From assembly GCA_052426225.1 (NCBI GenBank), contig JBNJNM010000006.1, positions 372,001 through 436,000 on the forward strand: a stretch of DNA of 64,000 nt, read 5' to 3'. Positions 63,054-64,000 of this stretch are shown piece after piece; the stretch's first letter is position 1; each line of letters begins with the position of its first letter. The DNA comes from Zancudomyces culisetae HAW-14-8. Its lineage: Eukaryota; Fungi; Kickxellomycota. Position numbers and translations under genes: made by a program. A model generated the notes under the pieces. The model had not been told where the DNA came from. It did not search any database and worked only from the letters and a program-made list of their open reading frames with translations.

Positions 63054-63989
63054 TCAAACAGTAGTGTCAATCATTCCCTTGCAACTCTTACACTCAATCA
63101 CGCCACCAGAAGTTATTTCGGTTTTCATCGGAACATATGAACAGTTCTTGCAGAATATTCTTCCCTTCTTGTAGCGCAGCCCACATGAATTACACAGAGA
63201 GATTGTATTGGTCCAACCAGGTCTCCAGCACGGTGTGCTGTTGACCTTACATGATGCACACACTCTTTGTGAAGAGCTTGGTCTCTTTGTCCTCTTTATT
63301 TTTCTCTTTGGCTTCTCCACACCTGCCTCGGGAAGCCCTTCAAATGGCCTCTTGTTTGCGTTTGGATGCATCAAGTCTGCCCTAAATTGTGGCCTTTGTA
63401 TTGTTTTCAAGTCTTTATAGTGCTCATTCTTGTGTGTACTCAATACTGGTTCTAAGTAGCTGTTGTTCCCCTGTGGGTTAATACCTCCGTAATTTTCAAA
63501 TCCATACCCCTTGGCTGCAAACCCCCTCCTAAAAAACTCTGTTTCTACCGACACAGGGCTTGTGGAAATATCATCAATGGCGACAGTTGGAGGTGAAGAG
63601 TTTACAACATCAACGCATAGAGACCTTTTATCGCTTCCATGGTCTGAACACTCTCCTATGCTTAACGAGTATCTTCCAGTTCCTGTCTTGTGCTCTGTCA
63701 TGAAATGATCCTCGTCATGACTTATGTAAGGAATTGTGTATCGGACAGGGCTGCTGAAGTTGTTACCGAATTTTTTGCTCTTTTTTGATTTTTTTACCTT
63801 TTTCCCTATTTTTGAGACAGAGTTTTTGCCAATCTCAAAGCTTTCGGCGGACTTATGAGTATGCTCCTTTGGAGTGTCACCAAATTTAAATGCTCTATCA
63901 GTAAAAAGGCCCTCCAGCTTATAATCAAAAGTGTTGGGGTTTCCTAGTCCAAACGGGTATGTTTCGTGGAGGTAGGGATTTTCTGGCAT
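63054..63989 (-). CDS. GATA-type zinc-finger transcription factor, ASH1-like; 5' end may lie outside the window
   Basis: CASC...TPCWRPGW...LCNSCGLRYKK followed by a second CxxC...CxxC. The PCWRP and LCNSCGLRYKK motifs match Ash1-type fingers. Confidence 0.85.
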   Translation of the reverse strand: MPENPYLHETYPFGLGNPNTFDYKLEGLFTDRAFKFGDTPKEHTHKSAESFEIGKNSVSKIGKKVKKSKKSKKFGNNFSSPVRYTIPYISHDEDHFMTEHKTGTGRYSLSIGECSDHGSDKRSLCVDVVNSSPPTVAIDDISTSPVSVETEFFRRGFAAKGYGFENYGGINPQGNNSYLEPVLSTHKNEHYKDLKTIQRPQFRADLMHPNANKRPFEGLPEAGVEKPKRKIKRTKRPSSSQRVCASCKVNSTPCWRPGWTNTISLCNSCGLRYKKGRIFCKNCSYVPMKTEITSGGVIECKSCKGMIDTTV

Positions 63990-64000
63990 GGCTATACCTG

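Overview
AT-rich, intron-containing fungal DNA; an early-diverging lineage such as Kickxellomycotina/Harpellales is a guess from protein style only. The first ~23 kb is accessory and transposon-rich. It holds two near-identical intact Ty3/Gypsy chromoviruses in inverted orientation (1447-7159 +, 12119-17830 -), each with Tf1-like self-priming signals, a -1 frameshift pseudoknot and LTRs rich in heat-shock and AP-1 motifs. The second copy is nested in the RT gene of an older, degenerate, tRNA-primed Gypsy element (9067-20421 -). That element and two unrelated solo LTRs are stacked at one CGAC(A) target site 5-8 bp upstream of a tRNA-Met gene. A head-to-head pair of small orphan paralogues under purifying selection, with covarying upstream hairpins, flanks the first chromovirus. 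An orphan small ORF and a secreted crystallin/killer-toxin-like protein follow. From 25.7 kb the genes are mostly core: RSA4/NLE1, SF3B1/HSH155, LSC1, PHO85 with a polyQ tail, a multi-pass membrane protein, an AVT amino-acid transporter, ISA1, a Gti1/Pac2 (WOPR) factor with a ~7.8 kb upstream region, an unknown protein, RAD30 (pol eta) and an ASH1-like GATA factor. All coordinates, splice models and counts were read by eye.
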